From assembly GCF_021028975.2 (NCBI RefSeq), contig NC_059426.1, forward strand, positions 150,288,001 through 150,352,000: a DNA stretch of 64,000 nucleotides, written 5' to 3'. The notes under the pieces were generated by a model. The model saw only the letters and a list, made by a program, of their open reading frames with translations. It was not told where the DNA came from and made no database searches. This DNA comes from Sphaerodactylus townsendi. Its lineage: Eukaryota. Each line of letters opens with the position of its first letter. The first letter of the stretch is position 1. The position numbers and the translations under genes were made by a program. This document shows positions 53,406-64,000 of the stretch, piece by piece.

Positions 53406-54832
53406 ACCAGCACGCTGCAGTCTTGGGCATCCAACGCCTCAGAATCGCTTGAGTCACCAACCAGGTTTACCGGGTTGCATGCAGCTTTAGCTGTGGTGGG
53501 GCAGGGTCATTGGAGATCCCTTGTGGGGCCTCTCGGGCATTGCAGGTCCTTGTTTTCAGAAGTTGCTGCTGGGGTGCGGTGTCCCAGGCAAGAAGCAATG
53601 AGGTGGCCGCTCTCTCCGCAATGCAGGCACAGTCCAAAATGGTGACAGTGGTCTTGGATGGATTTGGGGAGGGACCCGCTCACTTCTTAACGTTGTCCTT
53701 TGCCTTCTCAGCTGCCTGGAGCAGTTGGCGTTGGGCTCTGTTCCACTGCTGTTCTGATTGTTCGACTTGCCGGATCCACAGCTCTGCATCCCCTGCTCTC
53801 CTGATGCATTTCATTAACGTCTCAGGGTCGCCGTGGATTAGGGCCCATTGCAGTATTTTGGGGTGTAGGGCATCCTTGAAGAGCTAGACTAGGACCATCT
53901 TTGGCCACCCGCGCAAGCGGCTGGCAAGCCAGTGGAAATTAGCAGCAAATTCGCTGACTGAGCGGTTCCCTTGTCGGAGGCATTGTAGTTCGCCTGTAGC
54001 CTTCTCTTCTGCCAAGGGGTCCTCAAATCGCTTTCATAGGGCTAGTAGGAACGCCCCCCCCAGTTGTAGATCTCTGGTGCCTCTTCCTCTACCAGACCCA
54101 CTAACCAATTGGCAGCCTCCCCCTGGAGCCGGGTCCCGATCTCGAACACTCTCTCCCGGTCCAAGTAGAAGCTGTGGCCATGGATCTCCATGTACAAGCC
54201 CACTTGTATATTAAAAAAGCCAAGCTCATCAGGGTTTCCATTAAAGTTCACCTTGAAACTTTTCCAGGGTCCTCCCTGGGGCGCAGGACCTCGTCGGAAG
54301 GTCATATCGCCCCTTTCAGTAGTGACCAGCCCACCGGTCTGATAGTAGAAACTGTGGTCTGGCATGTGGTCATCCAGTCGCCCCTGCAGGGAGCGCAGCC
54401 CAGATCTCAGTTCACCCCCCTCAGCTACGGAGGCATTGGGAGTCGCATTCTCCCTCTCTCATTCACCCATCAGGACCGCCACTTGCTGCTGAAGGTTCAA
54501 AATGTTGGATCACAGCTGGTCTCTCTCCTGGATGATCTCTGCTGTTCGGAGTTGTAAAGCTTCGTAAGTCCAATGCTGCTTGTCCATTTCATGGTTGGAT
54601 CCACTCCCCAGTGCTTTGAGTTCATTTAAGAATGATGCCAGGCGCGCTCGCTCAGCGTCTGCATTTTGACAGAGGGTGCCGATGTCCACCCTGGATGAAC
54701 GGCGGGGGGTGACTTGCCCGCTCATTCGGGTGTGGGCCACCTCACCAGGGTTCCTCGTCCCAGTGGTGAGCGTCCGAGATAGTGGCCATGTTCCCCTAAC
54801 CCAGCCATCTTTATGGAGAGGTCTGGGCACAT
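53381..54832 (-). pseudogene. gag: gag pseudogene (capsid plus CCHC nucleocapsid) of the gypsy element
   Basis: ORFs 54510-54842 and 54042-54365 share a frame and are split by TGA stops that look like CGA decay; frameshift in the G-run near 54055; knuckle starts at 53629 in frame with the terminal GGA AAC ... TGA (53381-53383); start codon uncertain. Confidence 0.88.
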
Positions 54833-54863
54833 GGTAGAACAAAAGGAGTCAGTTCCAGCACAA

Positions 54864-55159
54864 TGTAAGGCTGAACACACTCAAAGTTGACTTAATAGAA
54901 AGGAATTAACTTTATTGAACTATGTTGCCCTAACTACAGGGTGCTAGAACTGAGGATTCTTGTCCTCTGTTCCAGTATTTATTTCTATTTGTAAAACAAA
55001 GAGTAACCAATCAACTCCCCCATGTCCCCCTGTCCCCGCTCCCCCATTGGCTCCATTGGAGCTGTGTGGTTTCTATTGGCCGCAGCCTCCCGCTCAGTTT
55101 CCCGCTTCTCTAGCCGAAATGGCGGGGACTGGTGGCTGCTGGGAGTTGTAGTTTTGACA
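54864..55159 (-). promoter_or_regulatory. 5' LTR (about 296 bp) of the gypsy element
   Basis: Minus strand starts TGTCAAAAC and ends CCTTACA; ACTACAACTCCCAG motif near the 5' end; three CCAAT boxes (about 55046-55080); ATAAATA TATA-like box 54976-54982; AATAAA 54911-54916. Confidence 0.82.
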
Positions 55160-58104
55160 GCATTCTTCTTCCACTACCCAGCTGAGTGGTGGCCAAAAGC
55201 ACATGCTGGCAGCAGCAGATCCTATACCATCAGCAGGAACCTGACAATCCTGGCTAGAGCTCCAGGGCAAGTAGAAACAGAAGAAAAAGACTGCAATAGC
55301 TGCTCATACTCAGTTGAACTTGTGTTTCTATTTGTGTGAGATGTTGAGCAACTAATTTCTGGGCATGATAACATGTAGGGAGGAAAGCACCAGATACTAC
55401 AAAAGATCTCACCCAAGTAGTCTCTTTATATTTCCGCTTGCACATCACTAGGTCCAAGCTAATATATCTCAGTTTAATTTCAAAATGAATAAGAATTTCA
55501 GGCAAGGAAGCTCAACTTGAGAAGCTAGGGAAATCCTTTATTTTTTAGTCTGTTATTTTTTATCACTGCTGACACAGTTAATTAACATACCACATGACCA
55601 AAGAAATTTTTACAACATCTCAAAGTAGAAATCCCGTTGTCACAACACCGGTGAGTTCAGGGGGCAAATGCATGTTCCTTTTCTGCAACAGGCCTGTGAA
55701 GTTGATTTGACTGAGGGGAGGAAAAACTGGCACAAAATCCCTCAGTGAAATGTGTGATTGTGTTAGACCTCCTTGGTCAGGGTCTTCTACTCTATCCCAC
55801 TACACCACACTAGCTTTCTGTATGTTGTTCAAAGTTTTAAGCAGCTGCTAGCTATAGACTTGGTAAGGAACCATGCTGGGCACTGAAGCTCTGCCCACAC
55901 TTTTCTATGCTGAACCCCACCTTTGAAGATTAGTAATTTGCTGTAAAAAATGAAATTTACAGTTCTCAGGATTCTGAACTGTACACCCAGTATCAAACTC
56001 CATGCTTTTAGGACCCTTTGTTGAAAACAGCAAGATATGGTTCCAGGTGAGATTAATATGGAAGCAAACTCCTTCAGCTTGCTAAGCACTGTCTTTGAAG
56101 TGGAGGCATTAAACAGCGATGACAGCTCCGGTTTGCAAAAATTCCTGGAGATTTGTGGGTGAAGTTTCAAAAGAGTGGGGTTTGGGGAGAAACCTCATTA
56201 GTATAGTCATGCCATACAGTTCACACCCCCCCCCAAGCAATAGTCATTTTCTCCAGGAGAACTTACTTCTGTCTGCTGTCATTCCAGGAAATTTCCAGGC
56301 CTCACCTGGATGTTGACAGGCCTATTATCACCATGCGTCCATATATAGACCCACCTCAGTTGAAATTGGGGCTGGAAACCTGATTGTACTTGGGGCAGAA
56401 TGATTTGTGAAGGGGAGCTGGGAAACAGGGTAAGGAGGGCATCATGGAACTCCAGGCCCATACTACTTTTGCCTGATTTCACCACAATCCAAGCATGGTC
56501 ACCTTCACAGTGGCTAGAGATGCCACTGATCCCTGCAGTTAGAGCACGCACAAAGTATTTAGATCATGTAAAAGCTTTTGAGCATTCCATTGCCTGGCGT
56601 GGAGTACAGAACCTGTTTGAGGCTCCACAACTCATGGGAGTTGCATGTAGCAGAATGCATTCATGTCATGTGCTACTAAAACACTTTTGAATCATATTTA
56701 GTGGCTCCATTCTTCCCTACCTCTGTGATCCCTAATCCTGAACTGCTGACAGAAGTGTCAAGAAGTGTCTCCATGGCCCTCAAAATTCCTTCCCTCTAAT
56801 CCATGTGCCTATTAGTCCACATGAGTCCTGCAACCTCAGAAATCATCATTCCTAGTGTTGGAAAAGAGTGCTAAGGGCAGGGGAGCAAGGAAAATATCAC
56901 TGCCTTCCACCAATAAACCACTGGAATTAACCCTCTCAATGTAAGCAAAATGCAACTTTAGTGTCATTCCAAGAGAAAATAGAATGCAGTGAGGGGACAT
57001 AGGGAATGCTGCATTAATATTCCAGCAAAATATGCCATATATGAAGACTGTGCATGATTTTGCTTATTTTTCTTTCTTCACTAACTCAATTGCCCCTTTC
57101 CAAACCTTTCTTTTAAGTAAAGTTATGTGGAAAAGAAGAACAAAACAGTAAAGTAAAAGAACATTTTGTTCTTAAAGTATTTTGAGGTATTTGGAAGGCT
57201 CTCTCTCGCTCTTTTTTTTAGCAGACGCTCCAAAATATTTTTCATTGAAAACATATGTTCATTTTTAAATGATTTATGGCAATTCAGACATCTGAATGTC
57301 TTCAAAGTAGGAATTCCAAAGATAATACACACACTGGGACTGTAACATCTATCCAATAGTTCTGGGTGGTTTGCTTTATATTTTGATTTAATTTTATGAA
57401 TTGCACATCTAGATGAATTCTTTTTCCTTAATGTGCTTTCCAAGACTAAGAAATGGCTTCAAGCGAGCGATTGTAAAGAATAAAACATAATTGTTAATAC
57501 TGAGGGAAGTGGTTTAATAAATGGCCAGAGATCTGATTATTAAACAAAGATTTAAATTCCACTTAGAGCTCAAATATTTTCTTAGTGTTTAGCAATGTCA
57601 ATGGGCAATAAAATTAGGTGAGTTTCTTTAGGAAGCCAGTCATACAAAGCAAGTTAATATCACACACACTAAATAATTCAGTAAGGAGCAATGAAGCCAA
57701 TGATACTGCTGACCCACTAAAAGTTAAGAAACAGAACATAAAACTTTTCAGGAGAAGTATTCCTTATGCCTACATGGCTTCTTAAGATCAAGGCAAGCTT
57801 GAGGAGTCCTGTTTATGCTAAATGCTTGACATGAATCCCAGACAGAGAGATTAAAATCTGATTCATGTTTGGATCCACATTGCCCCCAGGGAAATGTGGA
57901 TCACGTAAATGTATTAATTATTTGATAATAGCAATCTCATACAATTTCTGGAAGATGTGAATGACCACCACAGATCTAACATCTAGGACTTACTTGTTGA
58001 CCAATTTTCCGGGGGGGAGGGGGGGTGGCTTGGTAAACAAAGTTGTTAACAAAGTTTGGTAAATAAATACATGCAAAGCTGCACTCAATAAAGCTGACTG
58101 GAAC

Positions 58105-58405
58105 AACAAGAAGAAGAAGAGTTCGGATTTATGCCTCACCTTTCTCTCTTGTAAGGAGATTGGAGGTGGCTTACAACTCCTTTCCCTTCCTCTCCCCATA
58201 ACAGGCACCTTGTAAAGTAGGTGGGGCTGAGAGAGTTCCGAAGAACTGTGACTAGCCCAAGGTCACCCAGCAGGAATGTAGGAGTGCAGAAACACATCTG
58301 GTTCACCAGATAAGCCTCTGCAACTCAGGTGGAGGTGTGGGGAATCAAACCTGGTTCTCCAGATTAGAATCCACCTGCTCTTAACCACTACACCACACTG
58401 GCTCT
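58105..58405 (-). mobile_element. tRNA-derived SINE (Squam3-like)
   Basis: Minus-strand head gagagccagtgtggtgtagtggttaagagc; (CTT)n tail. Confidence 0.87.
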
Positions 58406-59052
58406 CAAAATTGCATAAAGGGGTCAATTACCACCTGGTGTTCAGCAATTGCTCACCACTGCAATCTGTTGCCTTCTGGAGGTAGGAGAAAAGGGCAGGG
58501 GAAATCCGTGTCACTCGTGCTTCAACTTCCTTTCCCACCAGTGTTTTCACTCCATTACAGGGATTCCACTTCCATTTCTTGGTTGGAAATGGTGTTGTAG
58601 CTTCATGCAACACCATTTCCATCTCTCTACATCCCGCACAGTGCCTCTGTTACCCTGGTAAGCCTCTTACAAGTTGCTAGCTTAGGAATGGTAACCCTAA
58701 GCAATAACTAGCTGCAGTCCTTCCTGTAACAGAGGAAATATGTAGTTTTCAGGAAATATGTAGTTTTCAGTCAAAAAGAAGCATAACAAGAGGCAGGGAA
58801 AAAAACAGATTCTATGAATTTTAAGTAATAGAATTTGTATATTGTAACTCACCCTAGAGCTAGAGTGGACTAAACATACCCTTTATTCTACCAACTTGCG
58901 GTGTTTCCATCACAAGAAGAGCAACTTGTATTCTTTGGATGGAGGAAGGTCTCAACTTTGTTCTGCAATATAGTACCATTTGTATTCTATGACACCACAC
59001 AAATTCACAAAAGAGTATTTAGAACTACAAAAGCTGACATAATAGCTAGGAG

Positions 59053-60682
59053 CAGAGGCGTAGCTACAATGGGGACATCTGGGGACAAATGTATTGGGCA
59101 CCCATCATTGGGGGCGCAGAAAAATTTGGGCTCATTTCTAACTTTTTTGGTATTTTTAGTGTTTTTATTTTGTCGGCCAGTAGGGGGCACAATTTTTAGG
59201 CTAGCAGCACTACAGTTTCAGGCTGTTGTCAGGTGACACTCCTGCTGATACCAGCCAAGTTTGGTGAAGTTTGGTGAAGTTTGGTTCAGGGGGTCCAAAG
59301 TTATGGACCTCCAAAGGGGGTGTCCCTATCCTCCATTGTTTCCAATGGGAGATAATAGTAGATGGGGCTACTTTTTCAGGGTCCATAACTTTGGACCCCC
59401 TGAACCAAACTTCACTAAACCTAGGTGGTATCATAAGGATAGTCTTCTGCTGATACCACCCAGGTTTTCTGAAGTTTGTTTCAGGGGGTCCAAAGTTATG
59501 GACCCCAAAGTGGGTGCCTGCATCCCCCTCTGTTTCCAATGGGAGCTAATAGTAGATGGGACTACCCTTTTGAGGGTCCATAACTTTGGACCCCCTGAAC
59601 CAAACTTCACTAAACCTGGGTGGTTTCATCAGGAGAGTCTCCTGAAGATAGCCTAAAATGTTGGTACTGTTAGCTTAAACATTGCTCCCCTGACAGGCAC
59701 CCTCAAATTTTCCCCAGATTCTGGTCCCTTCTGAGTGGATTTAAAGGGAGAATCTGGGCTCCCTAGATTAAAAAAAATGAAAGTATTGTTGAAGGCTTTC
59801 ACAACCAGATTCAACTGGTTGTTGTGGGTTTTACAGGCTGTGTGGCCTTGGTCTGGTACATCTTGTTCTAACATTTCACCTGCATCTGTGGCTGGCATCT
59901 TCAGAGGTGTATCACAAAGAGAAGTCTGTTATAAGAGAAGTCTGGACACAGTGTATAACAGACTTCTCTCTGTGATACACCTCTGAAGATACCAGCCACA
60001 GATGCAGCTGAAACATTAGGAATACAAGCTACCAGACCATGGCCACACAGCCCGGAAAATCCACAATAACCAACATTGAAAATGATGCTATTTGGGGGTG
60101 GGGTGGGGGAATCTACCCTGAAACAGCATCACTTTCAATGTTGTTTAAACTAGGGAGGCCAGAGTCTCCCTTTAAGGTGAATCTGGGCTCCCTAGTTTAA
60201 ACAATATTGAAAATGATCCTGTTTTGGGGTGGATTCTCCCTTTAAGGGGGATTTGAAAGGAGAATCTGGGCTCCCTAATTTAAACAACATTGAAAATTAT
60301 GCTGTTCCAGGGTGGATCCCCCGCCCCCCTCGAACAGCATCTCTTTCAATGTTGTTTAAACTAGGGAGCCCAGATTCTCCCTTTAAGGTAGATTTAAAAA
60401 GAGAATCTGGGCTGTCTAGTTTAAACAACGTTAAAAGTGATGCTGTTTCAGAGTGGATCCCCCCTTCAAAAAATAGCATCACTTTCAATGTTGTTTAAAC
60501 TAGGGAGCCCTGGGTGTGTTCAGATTTGTGTTTTGGGACATGTTCTATAATGTGATGGTGACTTTAAGGGGTCCTGGTGCAAAAAATGTTGTTTGGTCGC
60601 AGTGGGGGAGGGTGGTCGCTCATATGGGGGGCGCAAAACTCAGATTTTGCCCTGGGCTCCATTTTTCCTAGCTATGCCTCTG
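59053..60682. mobile_element. Large non-autonomous hAT-like element with internal palindromic tandem arrays
   Basis: TIRs cagaggcgtagcta / tagctatgcctctg (same TIR class as 13973); no matching TSD. Confidence 0.8.
59788..60075. mobile_element. Inverted (palindromic) Penelope-like pLTR pair nested in a hAT element
   Basis: Arms of about 115 bp at 59817-59932 and 59955-60072 are reverse complements; each has a decayed CTGAAGA...GAAA core. Confidence 0.78.
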
Positions 60683-61290
60683 GTAGGGACCCAGTCACCA
60701 GGCCTGGCGAAGATGAAAAAAGACAATCTGGGTAACGTGGGCCACCTGGGTCTCCATGGAAAGAGATGAATCCAGGTGGGCCTCCAGGTTGAGAGCCGAA
60801 GAGGTCAGTACCAAAGAGACCCCTTACAACACTGGTGGCTGAAAATCCCCAATCCCCCCACTGCGACCCAGCCAAAGGATCTCTGTCTTCGATGGATTAA
60901 GTTTTAACCTGGTCTGCTTCAACCAACCAGCAACCACCTCCAACACTGTAGACCCACAGGGGCAGAGGTCACCCCCCCATCAACAGAATGAGCAAAGTGT
61001 CATCAGAATATTAATGACAGATCAGCCCAAAGCTCTGCACCAACTGAGCAAGGGGTTGCATGTAGATGTTAAATAATAGTGGGGATAACAAAGCCCCATA
61101 GGGCATACCACAATGAAGCGGGCACCTCTGGTAGGCCTGGTCCCCACACCACACCTGCTGACCCCGGTCCCAGAGAAACAAAGCAATTAACTGAAGGACA
61201 GTGCCCCGCACCCCAGAGACGTCCAGGCGGTGGGTCAAAAGGTCATGGTCGACCACATCAAATGCTGCTGTAAGGTCTAGCAGTAATAGA
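60683..61290 (-). mobile_element. L2 RT core fragment
   Basis: AAFDVVDHDLL...GMPYGALLSPLLFNIYM...YSDDT (degenerate YADD). Confidence 0.9.
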
Positions 61291-61524
61291 ACACTTTAAA
61301 AGTTCAGAAATGCTCCCCCCAAAAAATAACAAATTAATAAAGCTACAGAAACAAGAACAAGTAATTCAAATCTGGGGAGAAATTTAGGAGATCATTTGGA
61401 AGCATCCCTGTGTTCCATGTACATATAAACAATAATTCTGCAACTGTTTTGCTGATGGGTTTACACATTTAGATGCACATGACACTTATGAACTATCAAA
61501 CTATTAATTTATTCAAGGACAAAG

Positions 61525-61816
61525 AATAAGAAGAGTTTGGATTTATATCCCCCCTTTCTCTCCTGTAGAAGACTCAAAGGGGCTTACAATCTCCTTGTCC
61601 TTCCCCCCTCACAACAAACACCCTGTGAGGTAGGTGGGGCTGAGAGAGCTCCGAGAAGCTGTGACTAGCCCAAGGTCACCCAGCTGGCATGTGTGGGAGT
61701 GTACAGGCTAATCTGAATTCCCCAGATAAGCCTCCACAACTCAAGTGGCAGAGCTGGGAATCAAACACGGTTCCTCCAGATTAAATACACGAGCTCTTAA
61801 CCTCCTACACCACTGC
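61525..61816 (-). mobile_element. tRNA-derived SINE (Squam3-like)
   Basis: Same body as 58105-58405. Confidence 0.87.
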
Positions 61817-61824
61817 CACTAGAA

Positions 61825-61972
61825 CAGGGGTAGGGAACCTGCGGCTCTCCAGATGTTCAGGAACTACAATTCCCATCAGCCCCTACCAGCATGGCCAATT
61901 GGCCATGCTGACAGAGGCTGATGGGAATTGTAGTTCCTGAACATCTGGAGAGCTGCAGGTTCCCTACCCCTG
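61825..61972. mobile_element. Palindromic hAT MITE with 8-bp TSD
   Basis: Near-perfect 148-bp hairpin; TSD cactagaa on both sides. Confidence 0.93.
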
Positions 61973-62130
61973 CACTAGAAGATACCCATGGTATTGAGTT
62001 GTCTGAACTTTACAAGAAATGGATTTATTTTACTTCTTTCCATTTCTAAACAAATGAGAATTCTAAAATATCTCCTTGTAGCTCCATTGAACAGGATTAT
62101 CTGGATGGTGAAATGGTAGAGAACATATAC

Positions 62131-62326
62131 NNNNNNNNNNNNNNNNNNNNNNNNNNNNNNNNNNNNNNNNNNNNNNNNNNNNNNNNNNNNNNNNNNNNNN
62201 NNNNNNNNNNNNNNNNNNNNNNNNNNNNNNNNNNNNNNNNNNNNNNNNNNNNNNNNNNNNNNNNNNNNNNNNNNNNNNNNNNNNNNNNNNNNNNNNNNNN
62301 NNNNNNNNNNNNNNNNNNNNNNNNNN
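62131..62326. other. Assembly gap
   Basis: N run. Confidence 1.
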
Positions 62327-63187
62327 TGACTATGACTGAGCAGCTTACAGACTCTCTCCCTCCTCCTCCTCCTCCTTCTCCCTATCTTCAGACATCATCT
62401 TGAGAATGCTGATACTGTGGTTTCGGAACTCACCAGTCTGATCACAATTTGTTCTGACATCTGTATCAGGATGTTTAGCAAGTAATGGTTAGAACTTGGT
62501 GTCAGAGTCTGAACTACACTGACACACCTCCCAGATTCATCCTGATAACAGGAGAGTCCATGCTTGGACTACAATTCCCATCAGCAGGGGCTGATGGGAA
62601 TTGTAGTCCAAAACATCTGGAGTGCCAAAGGTTTGCCACCACTGTACTATAAGATCCTTTTCTCTAGATGCCAGGGATGAAACCTGTAGTCTTAAGCTCC
62701 GGCAAACAGATGCTGTACCTCTGAATCATGGCTGTATCTCTTAGCCTGTGCACTAATTCTGCTTTCCAATATTGTCTTAACTAGTTCCACTTGATAATTG
62801 TAATTTTTCCAATTATAATGAGCTTAATTCTCCAATAGAGGGATGGAAAATAGCCATTCACATAAAAAAATGGCAGCAGAAAATATTTAGTCAAGAGATG
62901 TGCATTAAAAGTACAGACATAGGATTAATGCCTAAAGATCTATGTATGGATAGTCCCAGAGAAAAATAAAAGTACATTGATTTAGATGAAGGATAACTTA
63001 AAATGTATGGTTTATGGAACAAAATCTGACCCAGAAGGAAGATTTGTTTCAGTCCAGGCTATTCTGCAAGAGATTAATGTACTTTAATGACAGTTTATGC
63101 CCTAACTGAACTTCAGAAAGCTTTCTTTAAGAAATTTGCTACAGAAATATATTCTATTTAGAGTGAAATTGATTATAGGAGGAGGTC

Positions 63188-63575
63188 NNNNNNNNNNNNN
63201 NNNNNNNNNNNNNNNNNNNNNNNNNNNNNNNNNNNNNNNNNNNNNNNNNNNNNNNNNNNNNNNNNNNNNNNNNNNNNNNNNNNNNNNNNNNNNNNNNNNN
63301 NNNNNNNNNNNNNNNNNNNNNNNNNNNNNNNNNNNNNNNNNNNNNNNNNNNNNNNNNNNNNNNNNNNNNNNNNNNNNNNNNNNNNNNNNNNNNNNNNNNN
63401 NNNNNNNNNNNNNNNNNNNNNNNNNNNNNNNNNNNNNNNNNNNNNNNNNNNNNNNNNNNNNNNNNNNNNNNNNNNNNNNNNNNNNNNNNNNNNNNNNNNN
63501 NNNNNNNNNNNNNNNNNNNNNNNNNNNNNNNNNNNNNNNNNNNNNNNNNNNNNNNNNNNNNNNNNNNNNNNNNNN
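63188..63575. other. Assembly gap
   Basis: N run. Confidence 1.
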
Positions 63576-63774
63576 TGTGATCATCATAAAATGTCCTCAA
63601 TTACTAGCAAAGTGGCTTAAAATGTATTGACATGTAGAGAGGGAAATAGAACTAAAAGGGATTTTATATTTTACAATGTTTCATTTCTCTGACATTCTTG
63701 AACTGATTCTCACCTCAAAGACAGGAACCAATTATAAAAAGTGAGACACAGATCAGGCTCCAGTTGTGTAGACT

Positions 63775-64000
63775 AAGAACATAAGAAGAACATAAGAACA
63801 AGCCAGCTGGATCAGACCAGAGTCCATCTAGTCCAGCTCTCTGCTACTCGCAGTGGCCCACCAGGTGCCTTTGGGAGTTCACATGTAGGATGTGAAAGCA
63901 ATGGCCTTCTGCGGCTGTTGCTCCCGAGCACCTGGACTGTTAAGGCATTTGCAATCTCAGATCAAAGAGGATCAAGATTGGTAGCCATAAATCGACTTCT
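63775..64000 (-). mobile_element. CR1 3' end (runs off the window)
   Basis: (taagaaca)n tail; highly similar to 33250-33460. Confidence 0.8.

Larger units (their letters stand above)
53121..55159 (-). mobile_element. Decayed Ty3/gypsy (Tf1/sushi-like) LTR retrotransposon: 5' LTR, gag and protease; rest of pol and 3' LTR missing
   Basis: TG...CA LTR; gag capsid-like text (FNGNPDELGFF...LQGEAANW...KRFEDP...LRQGNRSVSEFAANF); CCHC knuckle CLHCGESGHLIASC; aspartic protease LIDSGFSRCLI in the -1 frame after GGGAAAC. Confidence 0.93.

Noticed and set aside
53381-54842. Domesticated PEG10/RTL-like gene
   Set aside because: Multiple stops and frameshifts plus a retained LTR and PBS indicate a decayed insertion
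59260-60510. CRISPR-like array
   Set aside because: Vertebrate DNA; units alternate in orientation and the intervening sequences are repeated rather than unique spacers

Overview
Vertebrate genomic DNA, almost certainly from a squamate reptile and probably a gecko. This is inferred from the repeat content: Sauria-type and Squam3-like tRNA SINEs with (CTT)n tails, a 5S-headed Sauria SINE, CR1, L2, RTE/BovB-like, R4/Dong and Penelope retroelements, and SPIN/hAT, Harbinger and Helitron non-autonomous elements. I recognise no host protein-coding exon. The window reads as intergenic or large-intron sequence, with several repeat-free AT-rich blocks that look like conserved non-coding elements and three assembly gaps. 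Every protein-like ORF is a retroelement remnant. The richest object is a decayed Ty3/gypsy (Tf1/sushi-group-like) LTR retrotransposon on the minus strand (about 53121-55159). Its gag and protease are broken, but its RNA-level signals are still readable: a G GGA AAC -1 frameshift site with a stem and possible pseudoknot laid out like mammalian PEG10, and a tRNA-independent self-priming site complementary to the predicted 5' end of its own transcript. Other points of note are Penelope-borne minimal hammerhead ribozymes (one with an intact core), a Helitron carrying a consensus CTCF site, palindromic hAT MITEs carrying ZNF143-type motifs, and a SPIN copy. Family assignments come from recalled motifs, not database searches.
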